Source: Octopus vulgaris
Lineage: Eukaryota
NCBI GenBank assembly: GCA_951406725.2
Contig: OX597814.1
Coordinates: forward strand, 96,410,001 to 96,474,000
Direction: 5' to 3'
Length of the DNA stretch: 64,000 nt
The notes below the pieces were generated by a model. It had not been told where the DNA came from. It did no database searches and saw nothing but the letters and a program-made list of their open reading frames with translations. The position numbers and the translations under genes were made by a program. Numbering within the stretch: the first letter of the stretch is position 1; each line of letters starts with the position of its first letter. Shown here in pieces: positions 1-12,896 of this stretch.

Positions 1-1074
1 TCTTTTTATGTCATCCAAGGAATTGAAATTTTCACCATTAAGACTATTCTGCAGAGACCTGAATAAGTGGAAATCCGAAGGAGCAATATCTGGTGAATAT
101 GGAGGGTGGGATAACACATCCCAGCCGAGCTGCAGCAATTTTTGTCTGGTGCCCAAAGAAACGTGCGGTCTTGCATTATCATGTTGGAAAACAACACCCT
201 TCCTGTTGGACAATTCTGGACGTTTCTCGTCCAGTTGTGTGCAGTATTTCTCAGAATTAATTTTCTGGTTACTTGGGAGAAGCTCATAGTACAGATTTCC
301 TTTCCAATCCCACCAGACATAAAACAGGACTTTTTTTGGGGAAGACCCGCTTTTGGGGTGGCTAAGGGTGGCTTATGTCGCTTACTCCAGGATCGCTTTC
401 TCTGAACATTTCGGCAGATAATCCATTTCTCATCACCTGTCACTATTTGCTTTAAAAAAGGCGCGTTTTCATTCCGTTTATAAAGCTAATCACAGATGGA
501 AATGCTATCCGAAAAGTTCTTCTCACTCAACTCATGTGGTACCCAAACATCGTAGCGATTTGTGTACCCAAGCTTTACCAGGTGCTCATGAACGACGGAT
601 TTTGATAGGTTGAAGCTTTCTGCCAATTCTCGGGTCGTGCAATGTGGGTTATTCTCAATTAATGACTTGATTTGGTCATCATCTGTAGTGGATGGCCTGC
701 CTGATCGCTCTTTATCAATAAGGCTACAATTTCCAGCTCGGAACCTTGCGAACCACTTCCGTACAACTCTTTCGGATAAAGAAACATCACTGTAAACTGC
801 GCATATTTCTTTGGTTGCTTGTGAGGCATTTTTCCCTTTACGGAAAAAGAAACGCATCAAGTGCCGAAAATGAACTTCCTTATCTTCTATTTTAAAGGGT
901 TACAGAATTAACATAGGTTATAGGAACATATACCTTCTTCCACGAAAAGATAGCTTGCACTGTGCTCTAAATGGAGGTGTAGTCAAATCTTATTTTATGT
1001 ACTCAATCATGTTCTAAAATAAGTCTAAAGGTTAGCTACTATAAATCGGCACGAACTTTCCGGACAACCCAATA
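1..1074 (-). mobile_element. Mariner (DD34D) transposon, frameshifted; 3' end runs off the window
   Basis: The ORF at 486-860 has an HTH region and WVPHEL. The ORF at 6-443 starts with TGDEKW. Another frame near 1-110 reads HPPYSPDIAPSDFHLF. A TIR-like end (TTGGGTTGTCCGGAAAGTTCGTGCCGATT on minus) is followed by TA at 1073-1074. Confidence 0.93.
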
Positions 1075-3420
1075 CTTCTGTTACTGAGAGAACTTCATTT
1101 TCTTTTCTTAAACTCGTGCTGCGCAACGCTTTTGCAATTTATTCTTCTCAGAATCTTCCCACTAACTTGTTGAGCACAATCAGCGTTAACACAATTATCT
1201 TCCTTCATTCCAATAACAATACTTCTAAGGCTTGGATTTCCTTTTAATGAAAATCCAGGATTTCTTGGTATTAAAAATTTGGTGATGTTGCTATATCTAC
1301 AATGATTTTCTTCAGTTTCTATGTTGATACTTCTTTCTTTGTTCAAATCTGATGTACATTTATAATAGACTAGCAGCATAGCCCGGCGTTGCCCGGGTAT
1401 GTAAGAGCCCCTAGTAGGCAACGACTAATCCCAATCTAGTCCTTTCCCTCTAGGGAACGAAGGCGCATGTGTAGGTTGCGATGTCTTCTCTTCACTCGAA
1501 TACTTCTGTGTATACGATGTTCCTAGCTGTCCCTTTGGGCGAAAACATGAAAACATAATTGTGCCTCCCAACGCGTGAACAGCCCACGTAGAGTTGACCG
1601 TGGTCGAAGCACTGTTCGCCCAACTGTAACCCAGCGACTTGTAGCGTTTGGCCTTGGGATTTATTGATGGACATTGTGAAGCAGAGTTTAACAGGAAACT
1701 GAGAACGCCTGAAGTGGATTGGTAGGTCAGCGCCCGACGGTTGAAGGTGCATGCGTGGAATGAAGACGTCCTCTCCCTTCCCACAACCGGTAAGTGTTGT
1801 GGCCGTTATTAAATGTGGTGGCAAATGTTTCACAACCAGACGTGTGCCGTTGCACTGTTTAGGTGGAACCAAATTCCTGATGAGCATAATGGGTGCACCG
1901 ACTTTTAACTTCAGGATGTGTGGCGGCAGGCCTGGCGGTTCAAGTGAATTCAGGAATTCAACAGGATAATCGGCAAGCTCGGCGGGGTCTGCTGTCCTAT
2001 CAATAGATTTGTAGACGTGGACATCACGAGGAATAGCTTCAAGTAGCTGGATATTGATGGAGTTGAGAGTTAAAAAGGCCGAGTTGCGTCCCCTAGACAG
2101 TCTGTGGTTTGTGTTTCTGATTCTCGACCCCATGTCGAATTTATCAATTTTTTTTCAGAACTGGGGGAACTTTTCAAAACTTTCGCTGCGTTAGTTTTGA
2201 ATTATGACATTGGGCTATGTGTGTGTCAAGTTTCATCAGAATCGGTTGAAAGCCGTGGTCAGGGTGAGGGTACAACCTGACAGACACACAGACACACAGA
2301 CACACAGACAGACAAACTGCCGTTTATATATAGAGAGATGTAATATTTGTCAGTTCGTATATGACATAATTTATTTGTGCTCAGACTGTAAACAATACGA
2401 GCCAGACAGGAGTTCCATTTATCCCGCTTTCTCTTGTCAGCCCACCTGTTGTCTTTATACTCCTCATCAATACTTGCTCTATGACTAAATCTCAAATAAG
2501 TGCCTCCTTTTCTGATGATATAAAATCCTTGCTGAAAATGTTGGCACATCTCTGAATGTGACATGTACAGCCTTTGCATTTTCTGGAAATACATATCGAA
2601 TGATCTGATGTAATTATTGTGCTGGGATACAGCAAAATATGGCATCATTTTGTGGATTATATTTAGATGTAAGTTCTAATTATCAGTTCTCTCTAATTTG
2701 ATGATGGTTAGCAATTTCTTCAACAAATCTAAGTACTAAATCCTAAACTGTTTTTTATGTCTTCTTTTTCTTCTTGGACGAGCTTTTAGGATATGACTTG
2801 TAGAATGTCAGAGCTTTGCAGATGGGTTCAATGAGCATTCCAGTGCCACTGTTTTGATCCACAATTGCTGGTCACATGTCGCAATTGGTGTAGCTCTGTG
2901 TTCTCTGCTATGTAAACTAATGTATCACAGCGTGTAGCAAATACAAGATATTTCGTCAGAATTTAGGCGAATGATAGCCATGAACAAAATATACGATTCT
3001 TTTAGATAGTCATTTTGTGAATTAACTGCATCATTCTTGACCAAGAAGGATATGTGCATTTTAGTGATTGACATGTTCTGTACAGAATCTCTACGTTACT
3101 ACTTGGGTCCATTATTCCATAATAAACTTCGAGTTGCTGTTATGGCGGCTTCTTCATCCCTCGTCTTTGCAAAACAAAATAATGCTCGATGTTGACCTTT
3201 CCCACTGCAGCTATATATCATCAGACGTGATTGACATTCAAGGAATCAGTTGCCTGTGTGATGTAACTAGTATAACTGTTGCGATCATACCCCATCCATA
3301 GAATGTGGTATAACCATCAAAGAGGGGAGGTGTCGTGGCCAATATTGTTAGTAACACATTGCACGAGTGATTTTACAGTCAGATTTGAAATTCTAGTTCC
3401 TTGACTGATTGCAGCACACT
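1075..3420 (-). mobile_element. Decayed unclassified DNA-transposon-like coding remnant, split by a Helitron
   Basis: Minus-strand peptides run across stops and frameshifts: LERTDN*NLHLNIIHKMMPYFAVSQHNNYIRSF, DLVIEQVLMRSIKTTGGLTRESG and SLRSIVIGMKEDNCVNADCAQQVSGKIL. They match a recalled family of uncharacterised invertebrate transposase-like proteins. Confidence 0.65.
1370..2338 (-). mobile_element. Non-autonomous Helitron with both ends intact, carrying a PIF1 helicase C-terminal fragment
   Basis: The 5' end is TC (TCTCTCTATATATAAACGG at 2338). The 3' hairpin CCCGGGCAACGCCGGG is followed by CTAG at 1370. The element sits in an A|T site with no TSD. ORF 1492-2133 has LEPPGLPPH, NGTRL, SINKSQGQTL and HGQLYVGCSRV. 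Confidence 0.95.
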
Positions 3421-4865
3421 ACTGAAGTTTATTCACTTCAGAACAACTGTAGTAGAATTCAAAGTTACTCAATGTACCAACCAAGAATCTAGGTACAACA
3501 TAATTGTGGAATTTCGGTTCAGTTGTCTTTATCAAACTGTCTGATGACAGTATCATTGTCTTACATATAAAATTATATATAAAATCAAACACACATGCAC
3601 ACCCACACATACAGACACAGAAACAGATACCCAAACACACATACACACATACACACACACACGCACATACATACATATTCATATACATACATGTAAATAT
3701 ACGTACTTATGGATGTTCTGTTTTTAATTGAGTGTTCTTGTACTGACGGAGTTAGACGGAGTTAGTTTCTAACAAAGATACTAAACTCTATTGTTGGAAT
3801 GTGATAATAAGAATGATATCATATTTTAAACTTGAGAAAAGCTTTGCATATTTTTACTGTTCCACTTACAACTTGTATTTGTAACGTGCGCGTTATCTGG
3901 TTGATTTCTTTTTCTGGAAACCCAAATTTCCCCAGATTGTCACACACAAGCAAAAACCAAATGCTCTAATGTGAATTCTTAATCTGGGTATAGAAACTGA
4001 AGGTTTTGAAATATATACTCATAGTTATTCTATTTCTCTCAGATTTTCGAAGAGATATTCGCTTCAATTGGGCAGCTGACCCCTATGACAGTCCATAATT
4101 CTTCTTTGGCCTATCATATTTGCACTTGATAAAAGTTTTGATGGGAATGTTTCACCAATATTTCTTATTTATAATTATGTATGTATTCAATTACAGTGGT
4201 ATTCCCCATATTTACCTTAGGACAATGTTTTTTTCGACGGCTTTGTATATTGTTTATGCTGAGCGTTTCATATTTAGGTCTTTGAGATACGCTAATCCAG
4301 GTGTTGGGGCTTTATGAGAGATCGTCAGGAAGAAAATGCTCACTGCCCACGCGTAGAGTATTGTTCTCTTTGCTTTTCAGCACTAGGTTTATATTATCAA
4401 TCTTTTTTGCTATCTTAGAGATACTATACGACATTCGAAGTCTTTCTGCACTGATCTCAAGCTTCTACCTCCTTTATCAATATCTCTGTTTCTGTGGAAG
4501 TTTCCAATAGATGTCAGAATCTCGCGGGTTTTAATGTTTAAGTGGATTTCCTGCAGATCAGTCAAGCTTCACAAAAATTGTTATCAGCACTAGTACTGCG
4601 AATACATTGCGAGGTGTTGTAAGAGAAGAGTTCCGACAGCTACATTTTTCTGAGTCTTGTGAAATATTATCGGGTCACTTTATCTTTATTCGCAACACCT
4701 TCAAAAACTTTTTTTAATCAATACCCGAGTATTTGTGGCTATTTTTGTGTAGAATAGGAGACCTAGAATGTTCAGGTTTTGGGTTTCGAGGATCGATTTT
4801 CAACATTCAATAATCAGATACGAACATTCCTTTTGGCCAAATCCAAATTCCGTTCCTATATCAGT

Positions 4866-5100
4866 TGTGTATGTATGTATGTATGTATGTATGTATGTAT
4901 GTATGTATGTATGTATGTATGTATGTATGTATGTATGTATGTATGTATGTATGTATGCATGCATGTATGTATGTATGTATGTATGTATGCAAGTACACGC
5001 ACACAAGCACGCACACACATGTATCCACACGTGTGTGCGTGTGTGTGTGTGAGTGTATGCATGTGCCGACATATGTTTGTATGTGTGCGTGTGTGCATGT
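4866..5100. repeat. (ATGT)n and (GT)n microsatellite
   Basis: Direct reading. Confidence 0.95.
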
Positions 5101-6116
5101 CCTTGTGGCTATCGTATTTATATTTGAGAAAAACTAATAGACAAAAATAAAATTGAAAATTCTGCTCTGAAATGCAGTGATTCGCCCTTGTAACTTTCTG
5201 ACATCGGAAATATAGTGAATTAATGATTGGCCCACTGGAAACCTGTAACTATAAAGCGCTATTATTCGCCATTTGTGGTATAATATAAAATAAATAATTA
5301 AATACCGGGACGGATTTAATCGACTGGATCTCCGCCTACAAGAGTTAAAGTCTTGCGTTAAAGTTAGAAATCAATAAAAGCTAACATTATTATTGTGTTG
5401 GCGATGTTATCACTGTTAGTAAACTAGTGGGTGGTTAATCAATGAATATTCAGTTAAACTAGAATTAAGATACATTTGTTTTTTGATGTTTTTTATCTTT
5501 TTTGTTTCTTGCATTCCTTATTAGGTAAAAGAATTTGATAGGTTTGTAGACTTTAACAAACTCCTGGTATCAATTGACTATTCATAGACTTTAGCTTCCA
5601 TTATATTTAATATCTTTTACTATCTTAAACTGACATTTACTACAAAGCACAATGTAAATAGCAATGGTATTTTCACACAGACTAAAACTATACACAAGTC
5701 ATTCAATAATGCTTAGGGGGCCATTTTCAATTAACCTATATAAAGTTAGTAAATCTACCGAGAATTTTACTTTAAATGATACGTCTTATTACCATTAACA
5801 AATTAAATAGTATTTAGCTTATTTCACCATTTGTAGACTCTGTAAACTCAGAATAGATTAATACGTTAAGAAATAATGCAATTATTAAAACATTAGTCAA
5901 CAACTAATACTATTCATATGGTGACAAATGTTTGATCAAGATTGCGAGTAGTCCAGACTAATCAATTACTGTTCCTGATTAATCTGATCAGTTTATAAAT
6001 AGAATGGTTTTAGAATTCTCGCAATGAATTAAAACATACATATACGCTTCCACTTAAACAGTGATATACACTGTTAGTAAATGTTCGCAAGTATACACAG
6101 CGACATACACGCTATG

Positions 6117-6117
<1 letters not shown>

Positions 6118-6209
<92 letters not shown>

Positions 6210-6310
6210 AATAATTTTATAACTTCGTTTAACCGAAAAATAATTTCGTTAAACCGAAGAATAAAAGTAGGACTGCAGCTTGAAGTGCGTCGACCAATTA
6301 GAGCGTTTCA

Positions 6311-6346
<36 letters not shown>

Positions 6347-6349
6347 GAG

Positions 6350-6414
<65 letters not shown>

Positions 6415-6415
6415 G
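6118..6415. repeat. (CA)n, (TA)n and (TCTA)n microsatellites
   Basis: Direct reading. Confidence 0.95.
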
Positions 6416-7252
6416 CCTAGCTATCATTTAAAACTACAACAATGCGAGGAAGACCATTGTGACAAGCGGTGTATAACAACATCTGTTACTCTGGTCGATC
6501 AAAAGTGGACAAAGACAAATGGCTCTGAATGGCTTGGATAGCTTGGATGACAAAGATAACAAATGAAGGTACACTAAATACCACTGAAGATAAAGCTTTG
6601 ATTCATTGAAATAAATGTCACTTAAAGGCAAACATGTGTTTAGAGGAAATTGTGACCGATTCTGAATGAGAAAGGGAGATAACGTTAAGCAATCAGCATT
6701 TCTCCAGAATTAATATGCCATTGAAGAAAATGCAATCTGTTTTTGCTGTTGGGACACACACACACACTTCCTCACCCCCACACAAACACACACACACACA
6801 CACACACACACTTATGTATATCCAAAGAACAGAAATGAGTTTATGTACGCAGCGTATTCATGAATAATGTGTATATTTGCGATTTACTGACTAAATAAAT
6901 ATCCCATGGCAAAATCTTGTATGGCGTCCTACTCATTGAACCGTATGTAATTTACATAGCATATTACTCTACTTCCGTTTAGCTATGAAGCTTAGTATTA
7001 GCAGATTTGTGCATAGTTTTGATAATATTTTTACACAAAGACCAGAGGTTATGAAACTTTAAGTAAACAACTACCTTTACACCACCTCCACAGAAAAAAA
7101 AATTCTCTTTAATATAGTGAAACAAAAACGACAATCAATTTAGTGGAAAATTCAGAACTAAGCTACACCATTCAATGCTGTTAAACTTTAATGTTGCTAG
7201 GCTGAAATATCTTTTCCAGATTCTGTCTCTTAAGCACGAAAATAATAATGAT

Positions 7253-7468
7253 GGTTTCAAATTTTTGCATAGCGCCAGCAGATTTTGTGAGAAGGGTAAG
7301 TCGATTATACTGATTCTATCTACTCAACTGTTCTTTATTTTATCGCCCCCGAAATGATAAATGGCAAGGTCGAGTCCCGTGGAGTTTGAACTCAGAACAT
7401 AGAGTCGCACGAAATGACGCAAAGCATTTTGCTCGGCATATTAAAGATTCTGTCAGTTTGCTGTCTTG
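7253..7468 (-). mobile_element. tRNA-derived SINE, family A (head GGCGGTGAGCTGGCAGAATCGTTAGC)
   Basis: Reverse-complement match to the many copies in the window; B-box-like GAGTTCAAACTCC. Confidence 0.8.
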
Positions 7469-7517
7469 TTAAACTTTCATATTATCACGCTGAAATATCT
7501 TTTCAGATTCTGTCTCT

Positions 7518-7563
<46 letters not shown>

Positions 7564-7630
7564 GATGATGATGATGATGATGATAATGATGATAATAATA
7601 ATAATAATAATAATAGCAATAATAATAATA
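7518..7630. repeat. Compound trinucleotide array (TAC)n(GAT)n(AAT)n
   Basis: Direct reading. Confidence 0.95.
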
Positions 7631-7811
7631 ACAAGAGCACACAGAGAGCGCAGACCTCCGCCAAGGCAACACCAACGTTCTTTCAACGATTAGCCGAGAT
7701 GATTTTTAAAATGAGAATATCTGAAATAAACTCGACTGCTCTTACAAACTAGAATACTAAAAATGAACCCGATTGAAAACAATACCTCCGCCTTAGCGAA
7801 GGCGGAGGTAA
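7630..7811 (-). mobile_element. Internally deleted Helentron-type non-autonomous element (HINE/DINE-like)
   Basis: Terminal palindrome TACCTCCGCCTTCGCTAAGGCGGAGGTA, a sub-terminal inverted GGCGGAGGT, and a short 3' stem-loop GCGCTCTCTGTGTGC. Confidence 0.6.
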
Positions 7812-8352
7812 TGATGCAGTACCAGGCAGTGGCTCTTGTGGCTTCTGATCTTAATTGATTGGAAGTGTTATCACATACATTGTTTTGTCTTAGTATAAAA
7901 GATGGGCTACAGCAAATATTCTGCTCAATACCAGATTTGCTTGTCAGTTGTTTGACCTTAACCAGTTGAGCATGTTCTTTAGTGGCTGACGATATGTGCA
8001 TCTCTGATCACGAGTAGAAGTAGTGGGGGAGCATCATAGCCGTGTGTTGAGAGGGATTCTTTGGAGTTTGAATAATTCACCTCTGGAAACATGGGCGTTT
8101 CGTTCAGTATCCTTAAACAACCATTATTCAGAGACCTTTTGAGCTGGATGGGTTATTCGACCAGAAGAAAATTCTAACTGGGCCCCAACTGCAAAGTCAT
8201 GTGCTGTTTATCTTGATATGAGATCACCATGTCGTGCACATATGATTGTGATGCATGTGCCTAGTGTACCCTTATCAGACAGGTAGTCATGGTGGGTATG
8301 CTGGGCTTCGTGTATTTTACCCCAGTGTCACTTTGATGGCATGCACTGCTCT
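7812..8352 (-). repeat. Dispersed non-coding repeat, second copy at 62170-62335
   Basis: Shares GAGATGCACATAT.GTCAGCCAC...ACTGACAAGCAAAT.TG(T)GGTATTGAGCAGAATATT with the 62.2 kb copy in the opposite orientation. Confidence 0.75.
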
Positions 8353-8359
8353 CTAACTC

Positions 8360-8414
<55 letters not shown>

Positions 8415-10334
8415 GCTTCAAATTTTGGCATAGGGCCAGCAGATTTTGAGGAAAGGGGAAGTCGATTAGGACAGAATTAGGACAAAAGTGAATTATCAGT
8501 TGTACTGAGAGGAGAGATGTCATAGTACTAAAAAAAGAAAAAAAAAACAAAACTATTGAACACCCATCTCAAGAAATGCTACGGAATAGTTACTCTTAAT
8601 CTCCTACGTGCTACCCTGGCTCCTCGAAAACAATCCTGTACAGGATATTAATGTTATCTGCTTCCAACAGTTATCAGTCTATGTTATTTTTCTCAAGGCT
8701 CTTCGACCTACTGATGTCTCTTTTCACGATCTACAGCCGAAATTGGGCGAACTAATTATGATGCTATAAAATTTGAACGTAGAAAAATTCGGTAAAGGTA
8801 CAAAATTCGTTGTCAAAATTCTAATGTCTTTTTCATCGAAGTCACCTTTATGTCCGGTTTCGCCCCAACCCAATTGTTCCCATTTCACACGTTCTTCTCA
8901 TCCCCATACTCCATTAGTTTCCAGTAACACTACCTTTTTCTGTGTCGGAGACAGTCCCTCGGGTTTTATAATTGCATTGAAATCAATTCACGTTTCTCTT
9001 ATTATCAGCTTTATATTTTATGTATATATGTTGGACCATGTAAAAATCTTTTCCTTAGAGCGTCAAAATTGCAGAACAGGAAATGTTGCCTGCAGTAGAG
9101 CTCTTGCTGAATAAAACACACTTTTGTTAGAACTGCTACTATTTAACATGTTGCATAATAATAGTATTGCAAGAAAATATATAAAGTAAAACATGAAGAT
9201 AGTATTTTCTTAAGCCATAAAAGTAAAATTATCAATAAACAGTCTTAAAAGCTTTACGCATCATAGGAATGTAAAAAAAAAATAATCAGCTTTAGACATG
9301 TATCTGCATAGATAGAAAAATCGCAGATATAATTATATACAGAAGCTACATGAAATCGTGTAAGTTGTCAGGTATGTTGGAAAGAATTGTTGGCACTCAA
9401 GTAACACCGGGTACCTATTGCAGTTTATTATAAATTTGTAATGAAAGCCAAGGTCGTAGTATTTGTTTATGCGGACGCATATTTGTGTGTATATGCGTAC
9501 AAAAGAGATAGAATGAATAAACTGGCTTCATGGAGATTACCAGAAAAGGCTTAGGAAAATGAATAATGTTTATAAGCATTACAAATGTAATCAAACGTCT
9601 GTAATTTAAAAGATAAACAGCATTTTTTCAGACTCCTTTATGTGCTGCCACAGTTGCATGATCAAGAAGTACGCTTCTTAACTTTACTGTAACTATCGTA
9701 CCCAAAGGTTCGATCCCAGCATGGTAAGTGTCTTCTATCATAGCTTTTGTTCGACCAAAACTAGCTGAGTGTAATTTAGTAGGCAGAAGTTGCTCGGAAG
9801 CTCGTTGAAGGCCTCCGTTCCTGTTCTTGGGTGGCAGAATTCATCAGTTGGGAACTAGAGGTAGACGAAGGTTTGAGAGGCTGAGGTTGCAAAGGTATCA
9901 TTCAACTTTATGACTGGAAAAGCAGGGAACGCCACCCCTTTGTATACCTCCCCCCCATTTCCATCACCGATGTGAACCCAATATCGTACAACTTTGCTTG
10001 AGTTAACGAACTTTTGACAGAATTAAGACTAAAGTGAGTCACCCACCAGTTGTACTGAAAGGTAGGATATCTGAATACAAAAAAAAACAAAACAAAAAAC
10101 AAAACAAAAAAACACGCATACACACACACACACACACACATAAAATATGGAGTACTCATCTCAAGAAATGCTACAAAACGTTCACCCAATAACTCCCAGA
10201 TTTATAGAAACCTTGAGTGGCTTTGTGAATCTACTCGAAAATGATTATGCCGGATATTAACGCTAACATCTTTCAACAAGTATAGATATAGGTCAATTTC
10301 TCAATTCTCTTTGATTGACTTGATCCTTGGGTGC

Positions 10335-11260
10335 TATGTCGGAGTGAAGTCAGTGCATGTGACCTGTTATAGAGAAGATTTTTTGCGGACCTACCAGTGG
10401 TATATGCTGCATATTGTACCGACCAACTATGCGCTCATCTCTTTTAGGCCAGTCTTTTTCAGTGTCGCAGTGATTGCTGTTGTCGCAGCTGTTCCAAACA
10501 CACAAGAAGCACTTGTTTTTGGTATATCTCTGCTGCAGTCCTAGGAGGAGGGAAATCATCTTTAAATCACCACGAATATTCCACTTATGAACTGGGTAAT
10601 TAACTCCTTTCAGAAAGAGTTCCATTGATTCATAAGTTTCTTCCATACCGACAACATGACCCATAGGAATAGAAGGTTTTTTTCATTACCATTATGTAAC
10701 AACACAGCCTTGAGACTAACCTTACTCGAGTCTATGAATAATCCCCATTCGTTAGCCACATGCTCGTGTCCTAGTTTTTGCATGAGTGCATTAACGCTAG
10801 TACAGAAACAAGCATTATTTTCTTGCTTGGAAAAGGCAGATAAGCCTTCATGGTGAGAACAGAAAACGAAACTTTTCGTACCTTGCTGTAAGGGATTCCG
10901 TTGCTGTTGTCTGGATCCCAAACCTTCAGCCTTCTCCTTTGAAAATGTCAAGTCTCTTACTAAGTCGTTCAAATCTTGATTAAACAAGTGTGGCTCATTT
11001 TTCTTAGTATCAGAGGATTCATCGTGCGACATGTCAAGGTCTTCAAGTGAATCATGTGAGAGAGGAACTGGGACAGGGTTCTCGAAGTCATGTGGGACCG
11101 GCTTTAGAGCCGACTTACAATCTGCATACTTAATTTTTGCTTTGGTTTTCTTTGAGAAATCATTGATTTTAGTCATGTAAAAGTAGCAATCACAAACATA
11201 TCTAGCCGAAAGTATAGTTTTAATCTTGCGCATGTGCATAACTCAAAATCCTGACGCGCT
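10335..11260 (-). mobile_element. Chapaev3 (CMC superfamily) transposase remnant
   Basis: Peptides CDCYFYMTKINDFSKK..SALKPVPHD, EWGLFIDSSKVSLKAVLLHNGN and KWNIRGDLKMISLLLGLQQRYTKNKCFLCVW are characteristic of Chapaev3; the ORF is frameshifted. Confidence 0.85.
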
Positions 11261-11884
11261 AGAAGAAATCTGAGTGTAGATTCAGAATCAACATCCTCGA
11301 TTTAGTCTAAAACATATGCTTGTACTCCAGTAGTAAAATCTTTGTTGTCCACTATAATCGAAGCATTTGTAGCAAACCAGACACACTTGCTTCCTTCTTG
11401 GCGTTCTACGGCATCTGTCACAAGATATGAATAACATAAAGTTGTCGTTCATAATAATATTTATGATCCAATTTATCATTAAAAATTTCCAATAAATCAG
11501 CTTGTTGTATTCTGCTTCGTCTCAGTTTAGAGAATGTCTTAAGTTCTAATTTACAGTAAGAAGAATACGGTTTTAACTCTTGAATTGTTCAGCATTATGA
11601 CAATGAAATTAATTGATTGTATTTATTTAGATATTATAAATGTTTTGAAAAAAAACCCCGGAAGAATTAGAAGAACTGAGACTTATCAAACTACTTAATA
11701 CAGCTACAAAAATTATAAATATAAATATGATATTCTTATTCCTTGTTTGCATCAAGGATTCAGCAATAAAGTCTTTTGATGGTAACAGGAATGACAACTA
11801 ATTAACCCGGAAAGCAAAGCATAAAATGAAAATAATAATGGAGGGAAGAAATTATGGAATGTCGTACTGAATAATATGATATTT

Positions 11885-12040
11885 AGTGGTGCCGAGTTCT
11901 GAGTTCAAATCTTGTCATGGTAGATTTTGCAATTCATCTTTCTGGAGTCGATAAAACAAGAACTAGCCGTATACTAGTGTGTCAACAAAACAAGTACTCG
12001 TCATATACCAGTGTCAACATTTCCCTCCAAAATTGTGACT
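11885..12040 (+). mobile_element. SINE family A fragment
   Basis: GAGTTCAAATC...TTCATCTTTCTGGAGTCGATAAAACAAG. Confidence 0.65.
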
Positions 12041-12851
12041 GTGTGACAATGCCACATATCAGTCATTTCGCAGCGTTATGAAGCAGGTCAAAGAACTCTT
12101 TTGTGCAAGAATGAAATTCATAGCCAACTTTGCCTTACAGAAAGATGTATATGTTTTAGTAGTCAAATATCTCAAGATGTAAAATAGAAACATCCTTCTA
12201 ACCGAGTCAAAATATTACACAAACCATATGTCTGATAAATAAAAATTTGTTCGCATTCCAGAAAATTGTTTATCCACGATTGTTCCATATAATTCCTCAA
12301 CACTGATTCCTTCATACAGTGTAAATAATTGACGGAATTGTAAGCTTTGAGCGAATTACGAAGTTAGTCAGCAAACGCTGACTTTCGACAGTTAGTGATA
12401 TTTATAGTATGATATTCTGGAACAATCCTGGCTATTGGAAAAACTATTTAACAATTTATCTTTCCTATGGGCCACAATTTTCAGTATTTGTTGGTATTGA
12501 TTTTCATTATAAAGCATATTTTGGTTCGTGAAAATATAAAAAGACACTCATGTCAATAATAATTTTGATCTTCTGGTCTTTTGTACTTTATCAAACTATA
12601 TTTTGCTCAAAATTTATTTACACTATGGAAATATATAAACAATCTATAAATACCTCTTCGTGTCTGCTGTGTAAAATGGCAACATTAAAAAATATTCTAC
12701 TAAACATCACTGTCTGCTTGAAAACGTTACTGATTTATATGATTACTTGACTATATTTATATGTTTGTCATACAATCAGAATTTGAAATGAATTTGCATC
12801 AAATTTATATTAGATCAAATTCTGCTGGTGGTAGATAATGCACATACTAAC

Positions 12852-12896
12852 CGTGCTGTACGTGCATCTGGAATTATGGAGGGGTCAGAAGAGAGT
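12852..12896 (-). CDS. Candidate isolated 45-nt exon (LSSDPSIIPDARTA)
   Basis: Acceptor cttgtttcatccgtag, donor G/gttagt, one open frame, phase 2-2; no homology recognised. Confidence 0.2.

Noticed and set aside
3760-4760. Possible decayed retroelement
   Set aside because: Only vague peptide resemblance (CDNLGKFGFPEK); no diagnostic motif could be confirmed.
4768-5150. Long ORFs such as (CMYV)n, (HT)n, (IYLS)n here and across the window
   Set aside because: They are stop-free translations of microsatellites, not genes.
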